Positions 21,156 through 31,471 of a stretch of 64,000 nt of DNA are shown here, one piece after another (within the stretch, counting starts at the first letter, position 1; the number at the start of each line of letters is the position of its first letter). The position numbers and the translations under genes were made by a program. This DNA is from Synechococcus sp. Lineage in GTDB: Bacteria; Cyanobacteriota; Cyanobacteriia; PCC-6307; Cyanobiaceae. The stretch is taken from positions 1,208,203 to 1,272,202 of the forward strand of contig JBJBEO010000001.1 in the NCBI GenBank assembly GCA_047284725.1. The letters run 5' to 3'. The notes beneath the pieces were generated by a model. It saw nothing but the letters and a program-made list of their open reading frames with translations, was not told where the DNA came from and did no database searches.

Positions 21156-22293
21156 CCAGGCTCTTCTCGATTCTTGAACGGGTGCGTTGCTCGAGGGAAT
21201 CACTCGCCAGATTGATCATCGCGTCCAGTGACATCGACTCCAGCAACGACTGCACCTGCTGTTGTGCCTCACTGCGGAGGCATTGATCCGGTTGTCGACA
21301 ACCGTCCTTGCACGCAGTTGCGCAATCGAAGGATCCATGGCTGTTCGGCAAGGATGCCGTCGTTGGTGTTGATGGCGCGCTGATGACGTGCGGAGGTTCC
21401 GCAGCTTCATCCGCTTCTCCGTCTCCGATGGCGGGCACCAACTCAGGCACCATCACACCATCAAAGACCTGTTCCGCTGGGCCGGTCATGAACACGGATC
21501 CATCCCTGTCTGGCCAGCTGATCAAGAGAGGACCTCCAGGAAGGGTCACCTCGGCGGTGTGATTGCAGAGGTTGAGAAGGTGAGCAGCGACCAACGAGGC
21601 GCAAGCACCGGTGCCGCAGGCCAGTGTTGGTCCAGCTCCCCGTTCCCAGACGCGGATCTCCAGCGAGTTAGGTCCATGCACCTTGAGAAAGTGGACGTTC
21701 GCTTTCGCAGGAAATTCAGCACAGCGCTCCAATGCTGCACCCCAGCTCTCAAAAGGAATCGTCGCCAGATCGTCACAGGGAACGACCGCATGGGGATTGC
21801 CCATGCCAACGGATGCCACTTCAAGGGACTCCCCTGTCACTGTGATCGTTCCTTGCGGCAGTCCCTGATCGCCGACGGCGAGCGTTGTGGGAACACGGTC
21901 GGAGGTGAGCATCGGCAGTCCCATGTCAACCCTGATCTGCCCGTTGGCCTGAAGCTCCGGAATGATCATTCCTGCAGGCGTTTCAATCCGCCACGATCGA
22001 CCGGCGACATCACCATCGCTATCGGCCAGAAAGCGAGCCAGGCAACGAATGCCGTTGCCGCACATTTCCGCCTCGCTGCCATCGGCATTGAAGATGCGCA
22101 TGCGTAATTCACCGTCGGCCTGAGCAGGCAAAGCCAGGATGATTCCGTCACCGCCCACTCCGAAACGACGATCACAGATCCTCCGCACCCACTCAGGATC
22201 TGGCGAAGTAATGGCTTTGGGGAGCTGTCCGTCTCTCCCTTCGATTAAGACGAAATCGTTGCCAAGGCCTTGATATTTGCTGAACTGCAGCAT
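21148..22293 (-). CDS. dapF: Diaminopimelate epimerase with C-terminal extension
   Basis: KYQGLGNDF, NADGSEAEMCGNG, GNPH, ERGAGPTLACGTG; start MLQFSKY (22293). Confidence 0.97.
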   Translation of the reverse strand: MLQFSKYQGLGNDFVLIEGRDGQLPKAITSPDPEWVRRICDRRFGVGGDGIILALPAQADGELRMRIFNADGSEAEMCGNGIRCLARFLADSDGDVAGRSWRIETPAGMIIPELQANGQIRVDMGLPMLTSDRVPTTLAVGDQGLPQGTITVTGESLEVASVGMGNPHAVVPCDDLATIPFESWGAALERCAEFPAKANVHFLKVHGPNSLEIRVWERGAGPTLACGTGACASLVAAHLLNLCNHTAEVTLPGGPLLISWPDRDGSVFMTGPAEQVFDGVMVPELVPAIGDGEADEAAEPPHVISAPSTPTTASLPNSHGSFDCATACKDGCRQPDQCLRSEAQQQVQSLLESMSLDAMINLASDSLEQRTRSRIEKSLGD

Positions 22294-22319
22294 GGAGTTC
22301 TTCGCGACCAACGTTTCGA

Positions 22320-22541
22320 ATGGATCACACCAGTTTCGACCCCAGTCTGCCGGGTGTGCGTCAGTTGCAGGCGTGGACCCGTGATCAGAGGGTTTTGCGT
22401 TTCGAACTTCCCGATGGCAGCAGCCATGAGGGTGTTCTGCAATGGCAGGACCCAGAGTTTCTCGCCATCAGGCGATCCGACGCTGTCGATCCGATCCTGA
22501 TCAATCGAAAGGCGATCATGCTGATCCGTCCCTTGGGCTGA
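22320..22541 (+). CDS. hfq: Cyanobacterial Hfq-like Sm-fold protein
   Basis: FDPSLPGVRQLQ..G.L.WQD..LINRKAI pattern of cyanobacterial Hfq. Confidence 0.85.
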   Translation: MDHTSFDPSLPGVRQLQAWTRDQRVLRFELPDGSSHEGVLQWQDPEFLAIRRSDAVDPILINRKAIMLIRPLG

Positions 22542-22599
22542 TCGACCGGTCTCACCTGTTGGTGATCTCGGCTGTGGGACGATCTCCTCCAGGTGAACC

Positions 22600-25257
22600 A
22601 TGCCTGTGAGCTCCGCGTCGTCATCCCCCCAGCCTGAATCCGGTAATGCAGCTCGCCGCTATGACCCCTTAGAGATCGAGCAACGGTGGCAAACCCACTG
22701 GCAAACCCTGGATCTCGACAGCACACCGGAGCCCTCAGAGGGGCAGGAAGCGTTTTATGCCCTGTCGATGTTCCCGTATCCATCGGGCAGTCTGCACATG
22801 GGTCATGTGCGGAATTATGTGATTACCGACGTCATTGCCAGAGCTCAGCGGATGCGTGGTGATGCTGTGCTTCACCCGATGGGCTGGGATGCATTCGGAC
22901 TGCCCGCCGAAAATGCGGCGATCGAACGGGGCATTGATCCAGCGGTCTGGACTGATCGCAATATTGCCCAGATGAAGGATCAGTTGGCTCGACTTGGTCT
23001 CTCCATCGACTGGACTCGAGAGCAGGCCACCTGTCATGCGGATTACTACCGGTGGACCCAGTGGTTGTTCCTCGAATTGCACGAAGGAGGCCTCGCTTAT
23101 CAAAAAGAAGCCCAGGTCAACTGGGATCCAATCGATCAGACCGTTCTTGCCAACGAGCAGGTTGATGCCGATGGAAAATCGTGGCGCTCCGGTGCTGTTG
23201 TTGAAAAGCGTTTGTTGCGTCAGTGGTTTCTCAAGATCACCGACTACGCCGATGCTCTCCTGGATGACCTGAAGCTCCTGAACGGGTGGCCAGAACGGGT
23301 TCGCACCATGCAGGCCAATTGGATCGGCCGTTCGCAGGGAGCGGAGATCACCTTTGCCCTCAACGGTTCATCAACATCACCACCCAAGGATTCAGCTGCT
23401 GTCACGGTCTTCACCACCCGTCCCGACACTCTTTTTGGTGCGAGTTATGTGGTTCTTGCACCAGAGCATCCTCTCGTGGACGCCATCACAAGTCCCGACC
23501 ATCGCGACCAGGTGACTGCGTTCCGTGACTTGATGTCTGGCCTGAGTATTGAGGAGCGAACTGCCGAGGATCAGCCCAAACGCGGTATTCCCATTGGCGC
23601 TGAAGTGATCAATCCCGTGAATGGGGAAACACTCCCTGTCTGGATAGCGGATTACGTCTTGGCCGACTATGGCACCGGTGCCGTGATGGGTGTCCCCGCT
23701 CATGATCAACGCGACTTCCTCTTCGCACGGCGGCATGAACTGCCCCTGCGCGTCGTCATTCAGGTCCCCGGAGCTGACGAGCATCTCAATGACGGTCAGG
23801 CCTGGACGGAACCTGGTGTGTTGATTCATTCAGGTGATTTCAATGGCCTGTCTTCGAATCAGGCCAAGAAGGCAATCACGGCCAGGGGCGAAGCGGAGGG
23901 TTGGGCCAACTCCAAGGTTCAGTACAGACTTCGCGACTGGCTGATCTCCCGTCAGCGCTACTGGGGTTGTCCAATCCCGATCATTCACTGCGATACCTGT
24001 GGCCCCGTTCCCGTGCCACGGGACGAGCTGCCAGTCAGTCTCCCCAGGGATGTGGATCTCTCCGGTCGTGGCGCCTCTCCCCTGGCTCAGCTTGATGAGT
24101 GGGTCAACGTGCCCTGCCCCAGGTGTGGCAAGCCGGCCAAAAGGGAGACCGACACGATGGATACCTTCATGTGTTCCTCCTGGTATTTCCTCCGCTTTGC
24201 AGACCCTCACAACACCTGCACACCCTTTACCGCAGAAGCGATCGATCGTTGGCTCCCGGTGAAGCAATACGTGGGTGGCATTGAACACGCCATCCTTCAT
24301 CTTCTTTATGCCCGCTTCTTCACCAAGGCTCTCCGTGATCGTGGCCTGCTCGGCATTGATGAGCCGTTTGATCGCTTGCTGACGCAAGGCATGGTTCAAG
24401 GGGTCACCTACCGCAATCCTCGAACGGGTCGGTATGTGTCACCAGCTCTGATAAGTGATGAGGGGGATCCGAGAGATCCTGAAGATGGTGGTGTGTTGGA
24501 GGTTTTGTTCGAAAAAATGTCCAAATCCAAGCACAATGGTGTGGCTCCAGCTGATGTGATCGATCGCTACGGAGCTGACACAGCAAGAATGTTCATCCTT
24601 TTCAAAGCACCACCCGAAAAGGACCTGGAGTGGGATGACGCTGATGTGGAAGGACAATTCCGATTTCTCCAACGCCTCTGGCGATTGGTTGAATCAGTTG
24701 CCAGAGAGTGTCCTTCTCAGGTGAACCTTGCAGGCAAGACCATCTTCTCCATCTCCAATCAACTAACTGACGTTGACAAGAAGATTCGTCGCGCTGTGCA
24801 TACTGCGATCGCTGAGGTCAGTGATGATTTAAGCGGTGATTTCCAGTTCAATACAGCAATCTCTGAACTGATGAAACTGTCGAATGCTCTCAATGGCACA
24901 CTTGAAGACATTGATGCAACGGTCAGAGATGAAGCGGTATCTGTTTTGATCCGTCTTCTGGCTCCCTTCGCTCCTCATCTCGCCGAAGAGTTCTGGCACC
25001 GCCTCCATGGGGAAGGCAGCATTCACCGTCAGCCATGGCCTCAACAGGATCCTTCCGCTTTGGTTCAGGACAGCATTGAAGTGGTGATTCAGGTGAAAGG
25101 TAAGGTCAGGGGCAGTCTTCAAGCCCCTGCCGACGCTGACAAGGCCATGCTTGAAGCCCTTGCTCTCAGCAGTGAAGTTGCTGCCAAGTGGCTCGAAGGT
25201 CAACCTCCCAAACGGGTGATTGTCGTTCCTGGAAAACTGGTGAATCTTGTGCCCTGA
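22600..25257 (+). CDS. leuS: Leucine-tRNA ligase
   Basis: MFPYPSG.LHMGH, editing domain FTTRPDT, KMSKS. Confidence 0.99.
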   Translation: MPVSSASSSPQPESGNAARRYDPLEIEQRWQTHWQTLDLDSTPEPSEGQEAFYALSMFPYPSGSLHMGHVRNYVITDVIARAQRMRGDAVLHPMGWDAFGLPAENAAIERGIDPAVWTDRNIAQMKDQLARLGLSIDWTREQATCHADYYRWTQWLFLELHEGGLAYQKEAQVNWDPIDQTVLANEQVDADGKSWRSGAVVEKRLLRQWFLKITDYADALLDDLKLLNGWPERVRTMQANWIGRSQGAEITFALNGSSTSPPKDSAAVTVFTTRPDTLFGASYVVLAPEHPLVDAITSPDHRDQVTAFRDLMSGLSIEERTAEDQPKRGIPIGAEVINPVNGETLPVWIADYVLADYGTGAVMGVPAHDQRDFLFARRHELPLRVVIQVPGADEHLNDGQAWTEPGVLIHSGDFNGLSSNQAKKAITARGEAEGWANSKVQYRLRDWLISRQRYWGCPIPIIHCDTCGPVPVPRDELPVSLPRDVDLSGRGASPLAQLDEWVNVPCPRCGKPAKRETDTMDTFMCSSWYFLRFADPHNTCTPFTAEAIDRWLPVKQYVGGIEHAILHLLYARFFTKALRDRGLLGIDEPFDRLLTQGMVQGVTYRNPRTGRYVSPALISDEGDPRDPEDGGVLEVLFEKMSKSKHNGVAPADVIDRYGADTARMFILFKAPPEKDLEWDDADVEGQFRFLQRLWRLVESVARECPSQVNLAGKTIFSISNQLTDVDKKIRRAVHTAIAEVSDDLSGDFQFNTAISELMKLSNALNGTLEDIDATVRDEAVSVLIRLLAPFAPHLAEEFWHRLHGEGSIHRQPWPQQDPSALVQDSIEVVIQVKGKVRGSLQAPADADKAMLEALALSSEVAAKWLEGQPPKRVIVVPGKLVNLVP

Positions 25258-25265
25258 TCACAGTT

Positions 25266-25301
25266 CCATCGCCACCTCCGATCTTTCGGAAGTGGCGATG
25301 G
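25266..25301. terminator. Hairpin between convergent leuS and pgi
   Basis: CCATCGCCAC (25266-25275) and GTGGCGATGG (25292-25301) form a perfect 10-bp inverted repeat with further inner pairing; no clear U-tract. Confidence 0.65.
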
Positions 25302-25306
25302 CTGAG

Positions 25307-26905
25307 TCACAGTTTGCTGAAACGAAGCGAGGCGGGCTGTTCCCAGCTCCCCTGAGCCATGTAACCGCGGTCATTCCCACACAGGTGGCGAAGAATCCAG
25401 AACACTGACTCCACCGTTCCTTCGCCAATGGCGGATTGGACCTCAATCACCGACCGGGGTTGGCGATCGGCTAAGACAGACTCGACTTTTCCCTGAAGAT
25501 CGAGAATCGCTGCTGCCGCCTTCTTGCCAGCCTCCACACCTGGCTGGTGGTAAGCATTCACGTCAATAATCTCGCCGTAGAGACCCACTGCACGCTCGAA
25601 CAGGGCCACCAAGGCACCAAGCCGCCGGGCATCGAACTCACGCATGCTGATGCTGATGCTTTGGCGTCCGCCCTCCGTCAGGGCCGAACGGGTTCCCTGC
25701 AGAAAACCATCAAGAAAGTCACCGGGTCGTTCACCATTGATCGGCGGGATGTCGTCGCTGTCGCGTAAGGCTTCAATGAAGGTGATAAAGAAATTGTCAA
25801 CGCCATCACGGAGTTGTTGAACATAGGCGTGTTGATCGGTCGAGCCTTTATTGCCGTAGACCGCAATTCCCTGGTGAACAACATTGCCTTGTCGATCAAG
25901 GCGTTTTCCTAAGGATTCCATCACCAATTGCTGGAGATAACGGCTGAAGACTTCAAGCCTGTCCCTGTAGGGAAGCACCACCATGTCGCGCTTGCCACAC
26001 CCGTCTCCGGCGACGAACCAGGAGGCAGCCATCAACGCCGCAGGATTACGCATCAGGTCGGCGACACGCGTGGCGTCGTCCATCTGTGCTGCCCCGGCAA
26101 GAAACTCCCTGATCGGAGTCCCGATCAAGGCACCAGGGACCAGGCCAACGGCGCTGCTGATGCTGGTGCGACCACCAACCCAATCGAACATGTCGAAGCG
26201 CTTGAGCCAGCCTTCATCGGCGGCGAGCTGATCCAGCTTGCTGTTGGCCATGGTGATGGCGACAGCCTGGTCAGCCCAGGATCCCCCTGATGCTTCCACC
26301 CTTGCCCGTGCCTGCACCATGCCCAGGTAGGGCTCCGGAGTTCCTCCGGATTTACTCACGGTGATCACCAGCGTGGTGGGAAGCGCATCCCCCAGGCCAG
26401 CCAAGACACGGCTCATGCCGTTGGGGTCAACGTTGTCGAAGAAGTGGAAGGGCAGACCCGTTCCGGCATCCTGCAGAGCGCGAATCATCAGCAATGGGCC
26501 GAGGCCGCTGCCTCCGATCCCAATCCACAACACGTCGGTGAAGGCCTGACCGTTGGGAGCTTTGATGTCGCCGCTGAGAATCGCCTGCCCGAAGGATTCG
26601 ATTGCATCGACTTCGGCAGCGATGTGGGCCTGCACCGAAGCGTCTGGCGCGAGCTGCGCATTCCGCAACCAGTAATGACCCACCTGGCGCTGTTCATCTG
26701 CATTGGCGATAGCGCCCGACTCAAGATCAGCCATGGCTGTGAACGCCTGCTGAAATTTCGGCTTTAGAGAGTCAAGGTCAGAATCGTTGACGTGCATGCG
26801 GCTGATGTCAAGCCACATGCCAAGATCGTCATGAAACCAGAGCAGTTCGCAGAAGCGCTGCCATTGAACCTGAGGGTCATTAGCGCTGAAATCTGGGAAG
26901 CTCAT
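25307..26905 (-). CDS. pgi: Glucose-6-phosphate isomerase
   Basis: IGIGGSGLG, SKSGGT, VGGRTS, QQLVMESLGK, QPGVEAGK. Confidence 0.98.
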   Translation of the reverse strand: MSFPDFSANDPQVQWQRFCELLWFHDDLGMWLDISRMHVNDSDLDSLKPKFQQAFTAMADLESGAIANADEQRQVGHYWLRNAQLAPDASVQAHIAAEVDAIESFGQAILSGDIKAPNGQAFTDVLWIGIGGSGLGPLLMIRALQDAGTGLPFHFFDNVDPNGMSRVLAGLGDALPTTLVITVSKSGGTPEPYLGMVQARARVEASGGSWADQAVAITMANSKLDQLAADEGWLKRFDMFDWVGGRTSISSAVGLVPGALIGTPIREFLAGAAQMDDATRVADLMRNPAALMAASWFVAGDGCGKRDMVVLPYRDRLEVFSRYLQQLVMESLGKRLDRQGNVVHQGIAVYGNKGSTDQHAYVQQLRDGVDNFFITFIEALRDSDDIPPINGERPGDFLDGFLQGTRSALTEGGRQSISISMREFDARRLGALVALFERAVGLYGEIIDVNAYHQPGVEAGKKAAAAILDLQGKVESVLADRQPRSVIEVQSAIGEGTVESVFWILRHLCGNDRGYMAQGSWEQPASLRFSKL

Positions 26906-27013
26906 CGCTTGGGTTCATGGACGCTCACCTGATGAAGGTATCTTTAGATTTCTCAGAATGACTGTTTTGTGCGACAGCACCATTAGCGTCTGTTCATCGC
27001 CCCATCGGTCTCG

Positions 27014-27820
27014 GTGATCCCTTTTCTTTCAAGAACACGGGTACTCGCCACCTTCGCCGTTGCCCTGGGTGTGGTTGCTGCTTTTCGATCGCTGCTGACT
27101 CCGGTTCCGATTGGGCACGTGATCGATGCTCAGGTGGCGTTGGAAGCCGAGGTGGATTCCACCTGGCAGGCCCATGGTGACCCTTCCGACTTTTCCGCAG
27201 AGGAGCTCCAGACCCTTCAGCAACGTTTTGGTGTCCATGGGCCCCAGACACCTCTTGCTCAGCTGTTCACTGAGGGGGTCGATCAGTTTGAACCGTTGCG
27301 CTCATTGACGTTGAACCGGTTGACTGAATTGAAGCCAGTGATTTTGCGTCAGTCACAACAGCACCACGTCAACCCGATGCTGTTGGCAGGCATTCTTTAT
27401 GACGAACTCCAGCATTCAAAACCTGGTGAAGGCTTGCCCTTTGTTGCCCATTCAGGATTGATTTCAACCCATGGCCCTGCTCAGTTGGGCATCAGTGAAC
27501 TGATCCATCAAGGTCGCCTTCCTTCGAATCCCACCCACGATCAGGTCGCAGATGCCCGTGATCTTTTATTGGACCCGAGCGAAAACGTCGCTTTGCTTGC
27601 CGGAAAGTTGAGTCGATTGAAGCGAGCGCTGCAACTCCCTCCCACCGCGATGCTCAACGCCAGTGCGTCCTACGCAGATGCCAAGGCGATCGCCACCCTT
27701 GCCTATCTCCACAACGGCAAGTTGGACTATCCCGCTCGAATCCTTCGTTACATGCAGGATCCGGCTCTGCATGGACTGATTTATTCCACAAACGTCAAGT
27801 CCGATCAACGGGCGATCTGA
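27014..27820 (+). CDS. Membrane-anchored/exported hypothetical protein with lysozyme/SLT-like motifs
   Basis: N-terminal hydrophobic segment; VNPMLLAGILYDE, GPAQLG, LLDPSENV, YLHNG (see findings). Confidence 0.7.
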   Translation: MIPFLSRTRVLATFAVALGVVAAFRSLLTPVPIGHVIDAQVALEAEVDSTWQAHGDPSDFSAEELQTLQQRFGVHGPQTPLAQLFTEGVDQFEPLRSLTLNRLTELKPVILRQSQQHHVNPMLLAGILYDELQHSKPGEGLPFVAHSGLISTHGPAQLGISELIHQGRLPSNPTHDQVADARDLLLDPSENVALLAGKLSRLKRALQLPPTAMLNASASYADAKAIATLAYLHNGKLDYPARILRYMQDPALHGLIYSTNVKSDQRAI

Positions 27821-28743
27821 TCGCCGCAAAGTCGTTGTAGCGATGCCAGCCTCTTCTGCAGTTCTGGCCAGGAAAAACTGCGCGGATCACCCCTCTCCCC
27901 TCCGAGATCCACATGCTCGTGGGTGGTAATGGCTTCTGCGGTCATCCCGAAGGTCTCCATCCAGTCACTGAGCACAACGGCAAGGGCGTCGTACTGCGCG
28001 TCTGTGTATCCAGAATGGGAACGTCCACCCATGTATCCATCGGGCGGTGTCTCCAAACTGAGATGGAGAGCAAAGTTGTTCACTGATCCCAGCAGTTCCG
28101 GGTTGGTGACGGCCCATTCCCCCAGGAAGGCTGAGTAACCAGCCCCATAGGCTCGATGCAGTGGGTCCACCACATCGACGACCCGACCATCTCGTCCGAT
28201 CAGGGTGTGGTAACTCACTTGATCACTGTCATTGGCGTGAGGAGTGAGGAATGTGTTGATGGCAGACGTGAGTGAGTTGGAGGTTTCATGAAGGACGACG
28301 ACGCGAGGCATCGGATTGATCGCCTGATCCCAAGGATCTTTGCGGTATCGCTTGCCATAGTTGCTGGCATCAATGGCGATTGATTCTCGATTCTTGCTGA
28401 TCTGCCTGCTTAACGACTGAAGATGCGTAGCCAGATTCTTATCCAGGTTGTTGCATTGCCGTTGAAGAGGGGATCGCCAACCAGTGGCTTTTGGTGGGCT
28501 TGGCCGTTGTGATGACGAACCCTCCTTCAGCTTTCTCGGACTGGCACTTGTGACTTCATTCAGCAACTCCCGCAGGGAAGGTTGAGCCTTCGCCTGTTGT
28601 TTACCACCATCTCCAGAACCCAGCCAGACTGCTCCGCTGAGGCTGAGCAAGACTCCGAAGCAGCCGACCGCCACGATCCCAGAGCGACGATCCAGACGGT
28701 GACGTAGACCGCTGAAGCGAGTTTTCAGACGATTTCGAACCAT
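27805..28743 (-). CDS. N-acetylmuramoyl-L-alanine amidase (Amidase_2 type)
   Basis: VVLHET, SYHTLI, RAYGAG, YTDAQYDAL, ITTHEHV..RGDP; N-terminal TM segment. Confidence 0.88.
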   Translation of the reverse strand: MVRNRLKTRFSGLRHRLDRRSGIVAVGCFGVLLSLSGAVWLGSGDGGKQQAKAQPSLRELLNEVTSASPRKLKEGSSSQRPSPPKATGWRSPLQRQCNNLDKNLATHLQSLSRQISKNRESIAIDASNYGKRYRKDPWDQAINPMPRVVVLHETSNSLTSAINTFLTPHANDSDQVSYHTLIGRDGRVVDVVDPLHRAYGAGYSAFLGEWAVTNPELLGSVNNFALHLSLETPPDGYMGGRSHSGYTDAQYDALAVVLSDWMETFGMTAEAITTHEHVDLGGERGDPRSFSWPELQKRLASLQRLCGDQIAR

Positions 28744-30443
28744 CGATCTCTAAGCGCCTTCGCCTGTGGGGAGGCATGGGGGTCCCACTCCAATGTCATG
28801 GATTTGATGCGGTTGGGTTCACGAATCAACTGGGTTTCTTCCAAACGTCCACGTCGTGCAAAAACAATGGCCAGTTCCGGCTCTCCCTGCAGCAGCAAGG
28901 GCCACTGTTCACTTGAAGTGATGCGGACTCCTCGGACACCCACCACTTCATCTCCGGGAATGAGATTGGCACGATGGCCCGGAGAGTGGTGCCGAACCTC
29001 CTTGATGACCACACCGTTCGATGCGTCCATCACGGTGAGACCGGTCCAACCCGTTTCGGACCTGGAGGGCGTCAGCAACAGGCCGAGAGCATCAACACAG
29101 TCGGCAATGGGAAGACTGTCAACGGTATCAAGCCATTCCGGCAGGTTTGCCGCCAACGAGGGGCAATAATTCGCGATGGTCCTTTGGATGTCTTCACGGG
29201 TATAGCCACGGCCGACAACGCCGAACTGACTCCAAAGGTCTCTCAGCACCTGCGCAAGGGACGCATCAGTCGCTCTGAGACGAACATCAAGGCAGAACGC
29301 GAGGGCTGTACCGAGCTTGTAGTAACTGATTTGGGTCTGTGATCCCGCGGGTGTGGTCTTGTAGAGACGAACCCAGGCTTCCCGGGAGCTATCTGCGAGT
29401 GACTGGACGCTGCGACCAGGATGGAGAAGAACATGCGACAGATCCTTGCCTAGATCTTGAAGCAGGGTCTGTCGATCGGAACGACCGGCAAGAAGGGTGA
29501 GGCAAAGGTCGAAGTAACTGGTGATCCCTTCTGCGAACCAAAGGCAATCACTGATGACGGGGGCACCGTGGTCATAGGGGATGTAATCACTGGGACGTAA
29601 GCGGCGCACATTCCACTGATGCAGGTATTCATGACCAATCAGTTGCAGCAGTTGGTGATATCCACCGGGTTTGGCCAACGCGGGCCAGGCGAACTGAAGG
29701 ACAGCGGCGTGGTCATGCTCCAGACCTCCATAGCCACGATCCAGCAGCTGAATCACCAGCTGATAACAGTCGCCAGCTGGTGGTGGCCCAGCCATGAGGG
29801 CGACCGCCGCCTGACAAACAGCTTCCACGTCGTTCACGAGGGTCTCGGGCCAGCCCATGGGAGGGCACCCGATCAGCATCAGTGAGTGACGACACCCCGC
29901 CACAACGAAGGGACGAGCCTCGAAGGCACCGGCGTGAACCGGACTGTCGACCAGGTGATCGAAATCGGTGCTGATGTAGGCGTCGTCCTGCAATGGCAGA
30001 GGGACATGGCCGTGCCAACCGTCCGGTAACAGGAGTTGCAGACTGTGGGGAAGCCAGCGCTTCCCCTCGACCAACATCGCTGCAGCCGAAAGGCAGAGCG
30101 AGGCAAAGTGTGGGTCGAGCCAGTTCGTACGAACGGTGAGTTGCCGAGCCTCCAGCTGATATGTCAACTCAACGGGAATCAAGGATTCAACGTTGGCCAT
30201 CCATCTCGACGGTGCCACGCGTCGAACGGTTTTCTGCTCTCCTGCCTGGCGCAGAACGAGGCTGTGAAGGTGCTGCGACGGATCCCTGACTGTGTAGGAA
30301 CCGGGAGTCCACACCGGTAATTGCCAGCGTTGTTGAGAATGCTCAGGGGTCCAGCTCACCGACACATTCAGTGTCTGCGACGCCGGATCAGTGAGGTCGA
30401 TACAGAGGTGTACGCCTGAACCGTCAGTCACAGGAGACAGCAA
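28725..30443 (-). CDS. M61 family metallopeptidase with PDZ domain
   Basis: LPVWTPGSY, GGLEH, HEYLH (HExxH), LWFAEGITSY, ISYY, C-terminal PDZ-like SPG..PGDE. Confidence 0.92.
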   Translation of the reverse strand: MLSPVTDGSGVHLCIDLTDPASQTLNVSVSWTPEHSQQRWQLPVWTPGSYTVRDPSQHLHSLVLRQAGEQKTVRRVAPSRWMANVESLIPVELTYQLEARQLTVRTNWLDPHFASLCLSAAAMLVEGKRWLPHSLQLLLPDGWHGHVPLPLQDDAYISTDFDHLVDSPVHAGAFEARPFVVAGCRHSLMLIGCPPMGWPETLVNDVEAVCQAAVALMAGPPPAGDCYQLVIQLLDRGYGGLEHDHAAVLQFAWPALAKPGGYHQLLQLIGHEYLHQWNVRRLRPSDYIPYDHGAPVISDCLWFAEGITSYFDLCLTLLAGRSDRQTLLQDLGKDLSHVLLHPGRSVQSLADSSREAWVRLYKTTPAGSQTQISYYKLGTALAFCLDVRLRATDASLAQVLRDLWSQFGVVGRGYTREDIQRTIANYCPSLAANLPEWLDTVDSLPIADCVDALGLLLTPSRSETGWTGLTVMDASNGVVIKEVRHHSPGHRANLIPGDEVVGVRGVRITSSEQWPLLLQGEPELAIVFARRGRLEETQLIREPNRIKSMTLEWDPHASPQAKALRDRWFEIV

Positions 30444-30777
30444 TCACAGACTCGGAGATGGACCTGGATTGCACAGAATCGAGCGCCTGTGAGAGGGCGT
30501 ACAGGCGGTTAATCCTTTGAAGTCGTCGCCCATAGGTATCAATTGAACTCTGGCGTTCCACGTCAGCGACCAACTCCAAAGTGTTCGACGTTGTCGCACG
30601 GCGCCATGCAAACGACACACCGCAGCTGTGAGTGGCGATCAGATCAACGCTGGCCTGAACACCTGGAAACGCACTCAACACCCCATTGCGTTGGATGCGG
30701 TAACCCTCTGTTGAGAGAACTGAGGCGAGCCGATTGAGGTCGGTCAGCGCAGTAGGCAGGATGGACAGATGGGACAT
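30424..30777 (-). CDS. DUF1257 (Ycf35-like) protein
   Basis: MSHLSILPT..L...L, ELVAD and I.R.YAL pattern; start 30777. Confidence 0.7.
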   Translation of the reverse strand: MSHLSILPTALTDLNRLASVLSTEGYRIQRNGVLSAFPGVQASVDLIATHSCGVSFAWRRATTSNTLELVADVERQSSIDTYGRRLQRINRLYALSQALDSVQSRSISESVIAVSCD

Positions 30778-30784
30778 GGTCTGA

Positions 30785-31471
30785 ATGCCCGCTTTGTCGA
30801 ACCATAGCCACTGCCAACAACCCGCGGATCGTGATGATTCCGTCCTGATCGCCCCAAGACCGACTGATCCTTGGCCGAGGTTTTCTCCACCCTTGAGGTT
30901 GGGGGTGATGGCCTCAGGTACGGGCAGCAATTTTGAGGCTCTAGTTCAGGCCAGTCAACACGAGCTCGAAGCTGAGATCTGCTGTTTGGTGGTGAACAAC
31001 CCAGGCTGCGGTGCCCAGTTGAAAGCCGAACGGCATGACATTCCCTCTGTGGTTCTTGATCACCGTCTCTACAACCGGCGTGAAGATCTTGATCACGCCC
31101 TGATCCGTGTCTTCCTGGCTGAACGTGTGGAGGTGGTGGTGATGGCGGGATGGATGCGGATCGTCACTCCATTGTTGATCCATGCCTTTCAGGGTCGTTT
31201 GATCAATCTTCATCCATCGCTTCTTCCCAGTTTCAGGGGAATGAATGCCGTCGGCCAGGCTCTGGAAGCGGGTGTTTCCATTTCGGGTTGTACCGCCCAC
31301 CTCGTCTCTGAAGAGGTCGATGCCGGTGCGGTGATTTGTCAGGCAGCGATACCCGTTCTGGCCGGCGACACCGAAGCCACCCTTTCTGAGCGTCTTCATA
31401 CCCAGGAACACAGGATGTATCCCTGGGCTGTGGCGTTGCTGGGACAACGGATCAGAAACGCTCAGGGGTAG
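30785..31471 (+). CDS. purN: Phosphoribosylglycinamide formyltransferase
   Basis: MASGTGSNF, AGWMRI, INLHPSLLP, VDAG. Confidence 0.97.
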   Translation: MPALSNHSHCQQPADRDDSVLIAPRPTDPWPRFSPPLRLGVMASGTGSNFEALVQASQHELEAEICCLVVNNPGCGAQLKAERHDIPSVVLDHRLYNRREDLDHALIRVFLAERVEVVVMAGWMRIVTPLLIHAFQGRLINLHPSLLPSFRGMNAVGQALEAGVSISGCTAHLVSEEVDAGAVICQAAIPVLAGDTEATLSERLHTQEHRMYPWAVALLGQRIRNAQG

